Assembly: GCF_963676685.1 (NCBI RefSeq)
Contig: NC_092344.1
Coordinates: 120,280,001-120,344,000 of the forward strand
Source: Mytilus edulis
Taxonomy: Eukaryota
Reading direction: 5' to 3'
Length of the DNA: 64,000 bases
Shown here: positions 50,501 through 62,312 of the stretch, one piece after another
Layout of the letters: each line of letters begins with the position of its first letter
Numbering within the stretch: the first letter of the stretch is position 1
Notes under the pieces: model-generated
What the model was told of the DNA's origin: nothing
Database searches by the model: none
What the model saw: the letters and a program-made list of their open reading frames with translations, nothing else
Position numbers and translations under genes: made by a program

Positions 50501-52687
50501 ATTTTTAAAGAAATTAGAATTATTAATACGACATTTGTCTTTTTTTCACATAGCAAAATTAATGCTATTTAAAGGACAATACGGTGATGTACTGTAGCGT
50601 GTTTTCCATTGTGATTTATAAACAAACTGCATCGTCGCGGGCAAAAGTATTATTAAACTGCATCGTCGCGGGCAAACGTACTATTAAGCATTTAGTGTTG
50701 AAGGCCAATTTTTCTCTCAGAAATCGTGGCTGAAAAGTTAGAGCAAATATTGATAAACAAACAATTCTGGGAGGTAACTGAAAATAAGAGTAAAATCAGT
50801 GAATTTATTCTTTTAATAAAAAAGCAAAATGTTGCAATGAGTTTGTGTTTGTGTATGTATATTCAAATTCTACGCTGTCTCATATTCGGGTTTATACGTC
50901 GAAAGATATATATATATATATATATATATATGTTTGGTAATCATGATCTCATATTTGTCCTTTTTCAACTTTTTATTTTGTATGCATGGTTTGATATTCG
51001 GTAAAATCGAATTGTATATCTTTCGGGAAATAAAGTCAGTTTATAATCTTTATACAACTCGTATTCATGCCGCGGAACCTAGCATGCTACAGTGTCATAT
51101 ATTTATAATATTGTTTACTTAGGTTAGTCAAATTATTTACGAGTGTCAACATTGTCTTTACAAACTCAGCATGTTGTCTTGATAAGATATTATCACACAC
51201 AGAAAAGACTGATCAGACGGATAAGAAATCAAAATCATGCGCGATAACTCGTACTGGCTTACACTGAGGACAATAGTTGGCCATGGTTGCGCATCGGGTT
51301 TACTTTCCGAACTTTGCCGACACAGCGAGTGAGATAACCAAGATATAAATAGATGTATACACGTGTTCGTGTGTTGAATCGGGGCCTTCGTGAAGGATAC
51401 ACTTGAAGAATAATATTAAATTGTAGGAATTTGATTTCTAATTTCTTCTAAGGTGGGAGATCACTTACCGTTAATTTATAAACATAATTTGGACAATAAT
51501 GAACACGTCGCGATTTATTTTCATGTGATCTGGAACATTTTAGAAATGTATACATTACGTAAACCGTCGGCTACTTCTGTTTTACTTTGCCTGTGTGGCA
51601 GGTGTTTTAAGTAATTTTAATGACCGATCTCATCGCCGTTTTTTTTTTTTTTTTCAATTTACAATAACTTGTCTGAACCTCATGTTTGTTTCTTTTCTAG
51701 CGAAAACTGTAAATTCATATTCCATTTCCGCGATAACATTCCTCCGTTCGACAGTTTTCCCTTCGAGGCACAATGTGCGATTGCGCATTGGGAACTATGG
51801 AGTTAAGATCAACATAGGTCATATGAATAAGGGTTGGCTTAACATCGAATTATTGTCTAGAAGACAAAAAATAATTCAGGTTTTGCACGTTGAAATAGTG
51901 GTTATCATACTTACTAAACTTTTTGTACAAATCCGGCATGCAGATTAAAAAAAAATTAATGAAAATCGTAGCTACTTTCCGTTTACATTTTACAATAAAA
52001 TTCAGACAGTACAATACACTGGTACCGGCTTCTGTTGATTATCAGTAATTGACATATATCATGGTACAGAGTCCGGTGCGGAGCAATGAAAAAGAAAGAC
52101 GCGTTCACGAGTATAGAATTATGGACGATTTGAGTTATATATGCCGATTTCTCGACTTTAGACACAATAATTACGTTTGACATAATTAAGGTACTCGTTT
52201 TATATACCATTGTTTAGATAAATCAATTAAGATTTACGGCATAACAAGTTTTATAGGGGTTGACTACCGAGAAATCGGCATATAACGGAATTCGCGACCT
52301 TGTGTGTAATATATTCATTGTGTTCTATAAGGAAAACAAATTCTGAGACACGTGCCAGTGCTTTGATCACAACGCTAAATATCTGCTTTTGTCACGGCTG
52401 ATTGATTATCAGAGGCGGATTTAGGGGGGCTCTATATTATATATATGGACACTATTTTCTTCCAATTGCCAATATTTTTATACTATTGACAGAACGTCTA
52501 GTGCCTGTGGGTCGGGTTGTAGTCTCTGGCTCATTCCCCATTTCCATTCTCAATTTTATTCTTCTTTTCATCTTTTTTTCTCTCTTTAAATATAGAGGTT
52601 TTAAAAGTTAGTAGCAGTACCAACAATGATCAACAATCTACGACCACAACGAATCTTGTCCGCTGTCGTTGTTCCTGTGCCATATTA

Positions 52688-52920
52688 GAGGGGGAGGACA
52701 GGGGTAAGGGAGACAGGGAGAAAGGGGGTAGGAGAAAGGGGAGGAAGGCTGGGAGAAAGGAGAAAAAGTTGAAGAAAGGAGAAAAAATAAAATATCTCTC
52801 CTTTTAAAAAAAATTCTAATATTTCAAGAAAAAGTATCTCAAAAGGAGATGTTTTATTCTAATGGGAGAAAGGAGAACGGGATAGGAGAAGGGAGAAGGG
52901 TACCCCCTGTCCTCCCCCTC
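52688..52920. mobile_element. 233-bp purine-rich MITE with ~20-bp TIRs and 6-bp TSD
   Basis: GAGGGGGAGGACAGGGGTA ... TACCCCCTGTCCTCCCCCTC; ATATTA at 52682-52687 and 52921-52926. Confidence 0.8.
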
Positions 52921-54134
52921 ATATTAACCTATGACATGGTTCATACAAAATGAAACTGAAGACATGCTACATCTCCCCAGGGGGAGGGCACTTCCTACAT
53001 ACAAGGTGACAGGACGTGTCGCTGGAAAATGTTACATTTTACTTACGCATTACATAGGTATTCATTTTTAAAATCTAAATTATATGAAAACTAAGGGTGG
53101 GGTAACAGAACTCCAGCGGCAACCCCTATCAAATAAGTAATGAGGTAGCAACCCCCCCCCCCCCCCCCCCGTCACTTGAAATGCCTGTGCTTCCCCTCCC
53201 CCTTGAGAGATCAGTTTTGAACATACAAAATAACGGGTCAATATACACATGTCAACTTAAGTCTTCAGTAAAGATGAAAGTCATTTTTGAGATTTGTAAT
53301 AGGTGCTTTAGAACTGGTGTTTGACCGCTGGAAATAATCTGGAAGGGATGTTTTATTTTTAAATCAATCTTTACAATGTCATAATGATGTATGACCTTTC
53401 AAATTTAAATTAAATTCGGTCTTAATTACCTTTGTGGTAGTTTTGTCCTTTCGTTCTCATGCACGATGCTGTGAAGGGGAGTTTTAGAAAGGGGAGTGGA
53501 ACTGATATTGTGACTTCAAGAACGTCTCATGGTGGAAGCTGAAAACAACACGTCGTGTGAAACTATCAGGTTCCGATAATCAGATCTCGATAATTAGATA
53601 TGAGTAAATGTATGATATTTTACTGTCGATTACAAGTATTTGTAACTACAAAAGTGAATTAAAAAGAAGGACGACCGTTGACATTAAGAATTATGCGAAA
53701 TATCTTTTATTTTCCAAGATATGCACGGCTTTGCTTTGCTTTTGTTTTTGTGTTCCTTTGGTTTTTTTTATTTTGTTTTTCTAAGTTTTTTGTCTTTCTG
53801 TTTGTTTTTATTTTGGGGTTGGGTGGTATTTTTTTTATTATTTTTTTTAGATTTTTAGGGGATGTAAAGAGTTGCTTTGAAAATGGTGGAAAGTGTAGCT
53901 GATTTTTTTTTTAATAATGAATTAGATCACATGTCATCATTAGAAACATATCATGTGGAATTGTGTCAGTATCCAATATGTGTATAATTTTTGACAAACG
54001 ATAATATAGTTCATTTATAGATTTTTTTAAGTAACCCCCCCCCCCCCCCCCACACACACACACTAATGCGAAAAAAGGAGCTTGTCGTCGTTTCCCAAAC
54101 ACGAAATGCATTCTTCGATGAATATTTAAAACAT

Positions 54135-55145
54135 TTATTTCAGTATGTATACTAAAGAAATGTATCCTGTTGAACTTACTTTAAATAAAGCTAATACTAA
54201 CAATGACCACTGCCCTTTCCTCGATCTTGATATCTATATCACTAACGGAAAGCTTAATACTAAAATTTATGATAAAAGAGATGATTTTTCATTTCCTATA
54301 GTTAACTATCCATTTTTAGATGGTGACGTTCCATTGTCACCATCTTACGGTGTTTATATATCTCAACTTGTACGATTCGCTCGTGTATGTAACAATGTTT
54401 TAGATTTTAACGAGAGAAATTTATGTATTACTGAAAAATTATTACACCAGGGTTTTCGATATCACAAACTAGTCAAAACATTTACTAAATTTTATCATCG
54501 GTATAAGGACATCATTCGTAAATATAGCTCAACATGCAGACTTCTTATACGTTCAGGTATTTCACATCCAATTTTTTATGGAAATATTCTTTATAAAGCA
54601 CAAAAATGTCAGTATTCACCTCAGAAACTAACAAAACCTTAAAATAGACTTATCAAGAAGGGATATAGTTACGATACTGTTGTCAGGTCACTAAATATTG
54701 CTTATTTTTGCGTTAATATTGATTCACTTATAGGGTCTTTGCATCGGAACTAAACACATTTATTAAAAAAACAGTTGTTGGCATGACACGGGTTATGTTC
54801 TTCTCATATATGTTATGATGGTATGATACTAAACCCCTAACGGGAAGGATTGTGCCTGATATTCATATGATGAAATCATAATCTTTCAATCAGTTTAAAT
54901 GAGGTCTGGAGCTGGCATGTCAGTTTACTGCTAGTAGTCTGTTGTTATTTATGTATTATTGTCATTTTGTTTATTTTCTTTGGTTACATCTTCTGACATC
55001 AGACTCGGACTTCTCTTGAATTGAATTTTAAATGTGCGTATTGTTATGCATTTACTTTTCTACATTGGCTAGAGGTATAGGGGGAGGGTTGAGATCTCAT
55101 AAACATGTTTAACCCCGCCGCATTTTTGCGCCTGTCCCAAGTCAG
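54135..55145 (+). mobile_element. 5'-truncated Penelope-like retroelement, second family (RT C-terminus)
   Basis: ORF 54145-54642 (FLDLDI, KIYDKRDDFSFPIVNYPFL, YGVYISQLVRFARVC) is homologous to the 10172-10831 RT. Confidence 0.85.
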
Positions 55146-55849
55146 GAGCCTCTGGCCTTTGTTAGTCTTGTGTTTTTTTAATTCTAGTTTCTTGTGTACA
55201 ATTAGGAAATTAGTATGGCGTTCATTATCACTGAACTAGTATATATTTGTTTAGGGGCCAGCTCCGGGTGCGGGAATGTCTCGCTACATTGAAGACCTGT
55301 TAGTGACCTTCTGCTGTTGTTTTTTCTATGGTCGGGTTGTTGTCTCTTTGACACATTCCCCATTTCCATTCTCAATTTTATTGCATGCATTGTTTTCCTT
55401 CAACGTCTTCAACAGATTTTGTCGAAAAGTCAACCAGATTTAATTCCAATATTTAACTCCAATGTTTATACTGGATTTTTTTTTTACATAACCTCACGAG
55501 TTATTATACAATATTTGAATTTATTCGTACATTTGTATATTATTATCACAGGGATATTTTACCTTCAAATACAATTATCTGAAATCATTACAACTTATTT
55601 TATAACAGTTTCACACACCCTCATACATCCTTTTCAATAACGCCTTTGTCTACCAGCTCTTACCGAGTCCAGCGACTTCCGAAACAAATTCACAAACCAA
55701 TATAACTGCCGAAAAATCATAACCGCGACAAACTGTTATAGATACTATATAGACATTACAAATGTCTTGTCTCCCTGAATGGAGGAATTTAGTTTTAATT
55801 CATTGGATGTTGGATGCGCACTGATTGATAATTAAGTCTTAAATGCATG

Positions 55850-56618
55850 ATTTTTGTTATTAGTTGTGAGTGGCTTTGAACTAGCTGTCAGTACAATGTA
55901 ACTGCGAGTAATGTCATATTAAAGGGGGGGGCAATACCTTTTTGTGTTAACCTGCAATGGCCCTTTTCAAGGTGTTGTTAACTGTTATCTGAGATCAATT
56001 TAAGCTGTTAACTGTTATCAGCATTTTTGCATTTTTTTAACTGTTTTTGTCAAAATCGAGGTGTTGTTAACATGTTAATGGACCCCCTATTGCCCCCCCC
56101 CCCCCCCCCTCATATAAGTACTTGGTGTCTTTTCGTTGTTGGGATATACAAGTACCTGGCCATGTCCACTCTGTGTTTCTGTTATATGTTTTTCTATTTG
56201 TATCGATCAGATGAGTTAAGCCTTTTTTCAACTGATTTGTATAGTTCGTTCTGAAGTTTTACTGTTACACCCCTGTCCCAAGTAAGGGGAGGGTTGAGAT
56301 CCCGCTAACAGGTTTAACCCCGCCATATTCTGTATGTATGTGCCTGTCCCAAGTCAGGAGCCAGTAATTCAGTGGTTGTCGTTTGTTGATGTGTTATAAC
56401 TTGTTTTTCGTTCAATTTTTGTTCTTTTCGGCCGCAAGTTTTCTCGTTTGAATTGTTTTACGTTCGTCATTTCGGGATCTTTTATAGCTGACTATGCAGC
56501 ATGGGCTTTATTTATTGTTTAAGGCCGTATGATGACCTATAGTTGTTAATATCTGTGTCAGTTGGTCTCTTGTGGAGAGTTGTCTCATTGGCAACCATAC
56601 CACATCTTCTTTTTTTTT
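55850..56618 (-). repeat. Abundant SINE-like interspersed repeat; related copies ~11286-11480, 30930-31060, 36470-36760, 62105-62298
   Basis: Shared agaagatgtggtatg..tgccaatgagacaactctcca and ggccttcaacaatgag motifs. Confidence 0.65.
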
Positions 56619-58402
56619 ATATTAGAAGGATTTCTCATATTTTTTTGCATAGACTAAGGATATGTGAGTGAAAGCCACGATGTTCTGCGACCACAGGATG
56701 TCGTAACAATGGCCGTCAGACATCCAGCAATTTCGGACAACATACTATGAAGATGAATACCAATTGGTACCTACCGTTTAGTTTCAAAAATAAATCAGGA
56801 TCAGAACATGTTAAAGTGATAGGAATATGATGACCCCTGCCATACTAAATCGACATGATGCCTACATGCATATTACTGTGACCTTCATTTGAGATTGACA
56901 TTTTACCTTAGTATACAATGAGTTTGTCTCCTGTTTAACAATGGCAGATACATACGACCTTCACCGTTGGCCTCAAGTCATAATCATTTTGCTTATTAAC
57001 AAAGGTTTTTGAGATATGGAAAAGTGGGATCATCTTCTTCATAGCTTTATCCGGGTTTTTTTTCCATGAACAAACTTCAACTCATATTTCCAAGTTATGA
57101 ACCTACAACGTCCGGAAGGTAAATACACCAAACTAGGGAAGTACATAAAACCTGACAAAACCTCGACTATATCAACAAACTGAAGACAACTGTCATATTC
57201 CTGTTTTGTTACATGGATTTCCCGGGGAAAGATGAATCAAACCTGGTTTTACAGCTAGATAAACCTCCCACTTGTATGACAGTTGTGTATAGTTCCGTTA
57301 TATTGACAAAACACGGGCTGTGGAGCTTTCTTTTCTCATCCTTAAGCTTTACACACGAAATGTATATTGTTGACACTTCTTCGTTATGCTTTCAGCAACA
57401 TTTCTCGTATGCAGAACAAAACACAACATATTTTTTGTATCTATTTCAATGCATATATCATTAACAAGTTTACAAGTGTTAACAAGTTGTATTGGATTAA
57501 CAATCTTATTCAGTAATAAAAAAAATATTTTCTCACAGAAGTACCTGTAAATCTTACCATATTTCAAATTAAAAATTTACATAAATAGAATAATCTAATA
57601 AAATGATAATCAAATTATCACGCAAAATTTACTCATGCTATTTCTATGATTGTCACTCTGTATCTTTCTATGCCCAACTTGTAATAGTAAAGGGGTTGTG
57701 CATTGTGTTTTTGGTCTGTGCGTCGGTCCGTCAATTCGTCCGTTGATCCATACCATGCCAGCTTAAAGTTCTGATTGTGGTCGTTTTCCTTGAAGTGGTC
57801 TCATCGTGAAATTTAGTTCACCGGTTCATTATGATGTGAATTATATACATTGTAACCAGTATGACCGCGATTTCACGTTACATTGGACCCATAAATGATG
57901 TGATTTTTTTTCTTTCTAATATATACATTGTAATCAGCCGTATGACCGCGATTTCACGTTACATTGGACCAATAAATTTGATGATAGTGTGTGAAATTTA
58001 AACATTTTCATGTTAAAGTTTTTGTTAAAGTAATGCCCTAAAGATGTGGTCACATCACTCTGAAACTTAATACAAGTGTTCATTGTGAGGCCAACTCTTT
58101 TTATTTAATGCCAAATAAAAAGTTTGAACCAAATTTACCGGTAAACTTAACATGGACATTATAGATAGTGCAAGCAGGGCCCGGGGTCATGATGTTCTAT
58201 GGACACATATTCTTGTTTAAAATATTTAAGAAGAAAAAAGAAATATAAGGAATATATTTACATTTAAAAATAATGATAAATGTCCAAAGAATAAACCTAT
58301 AGTTTAAACAGCATTTTACAAAGTACTTAATGATGGTGATCACAGATAAGCTCTATTTAAAAAAAAAAAGTAAAAGTTCTTCTTCAAAATCAACAAAAAG
58401 TT

Positions 58403-58621
58403 CTATATTGATGGCTTCAGAAAATCCTTTAATAGTTCATCTCTGACGTCTGTTATAATTTTCCCTAATAGATTGAATCCTCTCCAGTTATTCACATCGA
58501 ATATTTTAGGGTCGTCTGCTGCCAAACCTATTCCCCAAACCTGATCATGTGGACTTGCTTCTACTAAAAGCTTTGGATACGTGTTTACCAGTTCCTCTCT
58601 CAATTTTTCATTTTGGGAAAA
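58403..58621 (-). CDS. NADAR-domain protein 3, last coding exon
   Basis: tttcag acceptor; FSQNEKLREELVNTYPKLLVEASPHDQVWGIGL...WRGFNLLGKIITDVRDEL. Confidence 0.92.
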   Translation of the reverse strand, partial: FSQNEKLREELVNTYPKLLVEASPHDQVWGIGLAADDPKIFDVNNWRGFNLLGKIITDVRDELLKDFLKPSI

Positions 58622-59050
58622 CTGAAATTAAAATCAAGTTGAATATTAATTACATCAAATAATTCTGTTTGTAAAGATGCATTTTGCTTACTTTTCCTCA
58701 TTCAATAAATTGTACATGTATAAATCAAATTAATGAGTAAAAATAAATATTAGCAATGAGATGATAAACAGAAAACATATGAATACAAATTCAAAGTACT
58801 CTTTATAAGAATGAAAACAAATATGCAAAATTGGCAATATTAATATAGCACAGAAAGAAGTAAAAGTAAGTACATTTGTACTAGTATATGAAAGGAATTA
58901 CTTTTCTAATGACATACACCTTTGCTATAGGTCATGACAAACATCTGTGTCAAAATTGAGTGACCAGTGAGTTGTATGGAAAGTATATAAGAGACATTTG
59001 TGATTTACTATTCTGTAGTGTGAAGCAATGTGATAAAGAAAACGCTTCTC

Positions 59051-61420
59051 AGAACTCGTAGTGTGAACAAGTAGCAAGGTTATATGACTAAAGCTAGTCT
59101 GAACTCGTACTGCGAACAAGTAGAAAGGTTATATGGCTAAAGCTACTCACAACTCGTAGTGTGAACAGGTAGCAAGGTTATATGGATAAAGCTAGTCAGA
59201 ACTCGTACTGCGAACAAGAAGCAAGATTATGTTGCTAAAGCTAGTCAGAACTCGTACTGCGAACAAGTAGCAAGGTTATATGGCTAAAGCTAGTCAAAAC
59301 TCGTAGTGCGAACAAGTATCAAGGTTATATGGCTAAAGTTAGTCAGACCTCGTAGTGCGAACAAGTGGCAGGGTAATAAGGCTAAAGTAAGTCAGAACTC
59401 GTAATTCGAACCAGTAGCAAGGTTATATGGCTAAAGATAGTCAGAACTCGTACTGTGAACAAGTAGCAAGGTTATATGGCTAAAGTTAGTCAGAACTCGA
59501 AGTGTGAACAAGGAGAAAAATTATATAACTAAAGCTAGTCAGAACTCGTACTGTGAACAAGTACTAAGGTTATATGGCTAAAGATAGTCAGAACTCGTAG
59601 TGGGAGTTAGTAGCAAGGTAATATGGCTAAAGCTAGTCAGAACTCGTAGTCAGTGGGAGTAAGTAGCAAGGTTATATGGCTAAAGCTAGTCAGAACTCGT
59701 AGTCAGTGGGAGTAAGTAGCAAGGTTATATGGCTAAAGCTAGTCAGAACTCGTAGTGGGAACAAGTACTAAGGTTATATGGCTAAAGCTAGTCAGAACTC
59801 GTAGTGGGAGTTAGTAGCAAGGTAATATGGCTAAAGCTAGTCAGAACTCGTAGTCATTGGGAGTAAGTAGCAAGGTTATATGGCTAAAGTAAGTCAGGCC
59901 TCATAATGGTAGTAAGAAGCAAGGTTATATAGCTAAATCTAGTCAGAACTCGTACTGCGAACAAGTGTCAAGGTGAAATGGCTAAAGTTAGTCAGACCTC
60001 GTAGTGCGAACAAGTGGCAGGGTAATAGGTCTAAAGTAAGTCAGAACTCGTAATTCGAACCAGTAGCAAGGTAAGATGGCTAAAGATAGTCAGAACTCGT
60101 ACTGTGAACAAGTAGCAAGGTTATATGGCTAAGATAGTCAGAACTCGTACTGTGAACAAGTAGCAAGGTTATATGGCTAAAGTTAGTTAGAACTCGTAGT
60201 GCGAACAAGGAGCAAGATTATATGGCTAAAGCTAGTCAGAACTCGTAGTGGGAGTAAGTAGCAAGGTTATATGGCTAAAGCTAGTCAGAACTCGTCGTGG
60301 GAACAAGTAGCAAGGTTGTATAGCTAAAGCTAGTCAAAACTAGAACTGTGAACAGGTAGCAATGTTATATGGCTAAAGCTAGTCAGAACTCGTAGTGGGA
60401 ACAAGTAGCAAGGTTATATGGCTAAAGTAAATCAGGCCTCCTAGTGGGAGTAACTAGCAAGGATATAGTTAAATCTAGTCAGAACTCGAACTGTGAACAA
60501 GTAGCAATGTTAAATGGCTAAAGTTAGTCAGACCACGTAGTGCGAACAAGTGTCAAGGTGAAATGGCTTAAGTAAGTCAGACCTCGTAGTGCGAACAAGT
60601 GGCAGGGTAATAGGTCTAAAGTAAGTCAGAACTCGTAATTCGAACCAGTAGCAAGGTAAGATGGCTAAAGATAGTCAGAACTCGTACTGTGAACAAGTAG
60701 CAAGGTTATATGGCTAAGATAGTCAGAACTCGTACTGTGAACAAGTAGCAAGGTTATATGGCTAAAGTTAGTTAGAACTCGTAGTGCGAACAAGGAGCAA
60801 GATTATATGGCTTAAGCTAGTCAGAACTCGAAGTGGGAGTAAGTAGCAAGGTTATATGGCTAAAGCTAGTCAGAACTCGTCGTGGGAACAAGTAGCAAGG
60901 TTATATAGCTAAAGCTAGTCAGAACTAGAACTGTGAACAAGTAGCAATGTTATATGTCTAAAGCTAGTCAGAACTCGTAGTGGGAACAAGTAGCAAGGTT
61001 ATATGGCTAAAGTAAGTCAGGCCTCCTAGTGGGAGTAACTAGCAAGGATATAGATAAATCTAGTCAGAACTCGAACTATGAACAAGTAGCAATGTTAAAT
61101 GTATAAAGCTAGTCAGAACTCGTAGTGGGAACAAGTAGCAAGGTTGTACGACTAAAGCTAGTCAGAACTCGTAGTGGGAACAAGTAGCAAGGTTGTGCGA
61201 CTAAAGCTAGTCAGAACTCGTAGTGTAAACAAGTAGCAATGTGATATATATAAAGCTAGTCAAAATTCGTAGTGTTAAGAAGTAGCAATGTGATATTGCT
61301 AAAGCTAGTCAGATCTTGTAGTGGGAACAAGTGCTTTAGCTATTTAACCTTGCTACTTGTTCACACTACGAATTCTGACTAGCTTCAGTAAAACCACTTT
61401 GTCACTTGTTCACACTATTG
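59051..61420. repeat. 49-bp satellite, ~46 copies, plus ~2 inverted copies at 61333-61420, in the NADAR3 intron
   Basis: Unit AGAACTCGTAGTGGGAACAAGTAGCAAGGTTATATGGCTAAAGCTAGTC; inverted copy gctttagctatttaaccttgctacttgttcacactacgaattctgact. Confidence 0.95.
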
Positions 61421-61608
61421 ACTTATACGTAAAAATGTTGTATTACCTTCCTACTGATCCATATATATTTATATGTATTCCTATCTTAGCGGTAATGACT
61501 TGTATTGCTGTTTGTATACACTGTAGATCAAACTTAGTCTTTTTTTATTTAAATTTAAAATTATACTTACTTTTGCTGTATTGTCTACCTAAATACATCA
61601 CGACTTAC

Positions 61609-61763
61609 TTTTGCCATATTGCCTTTCTTAACTATCTCTTCACGTTTTTCCTCCCATGCTACATAATCAAGATCACAGATGCTTCTTCCATAGCTCTTCA
61701 TATCGCTAGGATCGTCCAGTGACAATATAACTTTGTCTAGTTTTGCTTCATTTTTAGAAAATT
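61609..61763 (-). CDS. NADAR-domain protein 3, middle coding exon (exon 1 not found in window)
   Basis: cattttag acceptor and GTAAGT donor; FSKNEAKLDKVILSLDDPSDMKSYGRSICDLDYVAWEEKREEIVKKGNMAK; same phases as the paralogues. Confidence 0.88.
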
Positions 61764-62312
61764 CTAAAATGACATTAAGATAAGATACTTCTTTCAGGCA
61801 AAATAATCTAAGCTGACAAAGTATTTTGTTAACATGAAATTACCTATATATAATGTGTGTGTGTACTTTTACCTAAAATATGCACCCCAATGGACTTTTT
61901 CCTTTTGAAACCAACTTTCAAACAGTTTGACAAGAATTTATTGCATTAAAATATATTTTAGGCGCATTAGACATATTATAGCTTAAATACCGTAGAACAG
62001 TTTGTACATACGACTTGAGAATTGCTGTGGACAAGTTCATGTGCGAGAAACAAGAAGTCTCCAAATTTGGTGTTAGGGACTTAAAACTTCACAATCTGAT
62101 TATAAAAAAGAAGATGTGGTATGATTACCAATGACAGTCAGAGACAACTTTCCACAAGAGACCAAAATGACACAGACATTAACAACTATAGCTCACAGTA
62201 TGGCCTTCAACAATGAGCAAAGCCCATACCGCATAGTCAGCTATAAAAGACCCCGAAATGACAATGTAAAACAATCCAAACGAGAAAACTTACGGCCATT
62301 TTTATAAAATAA

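Noticed and set aside
48300-52400. CpG-richer stretch with recurring tgaatcggggcct and donor-like sites
   Set aside because: No convincing ORF, exon chain or element boundaries could be defined by eye.
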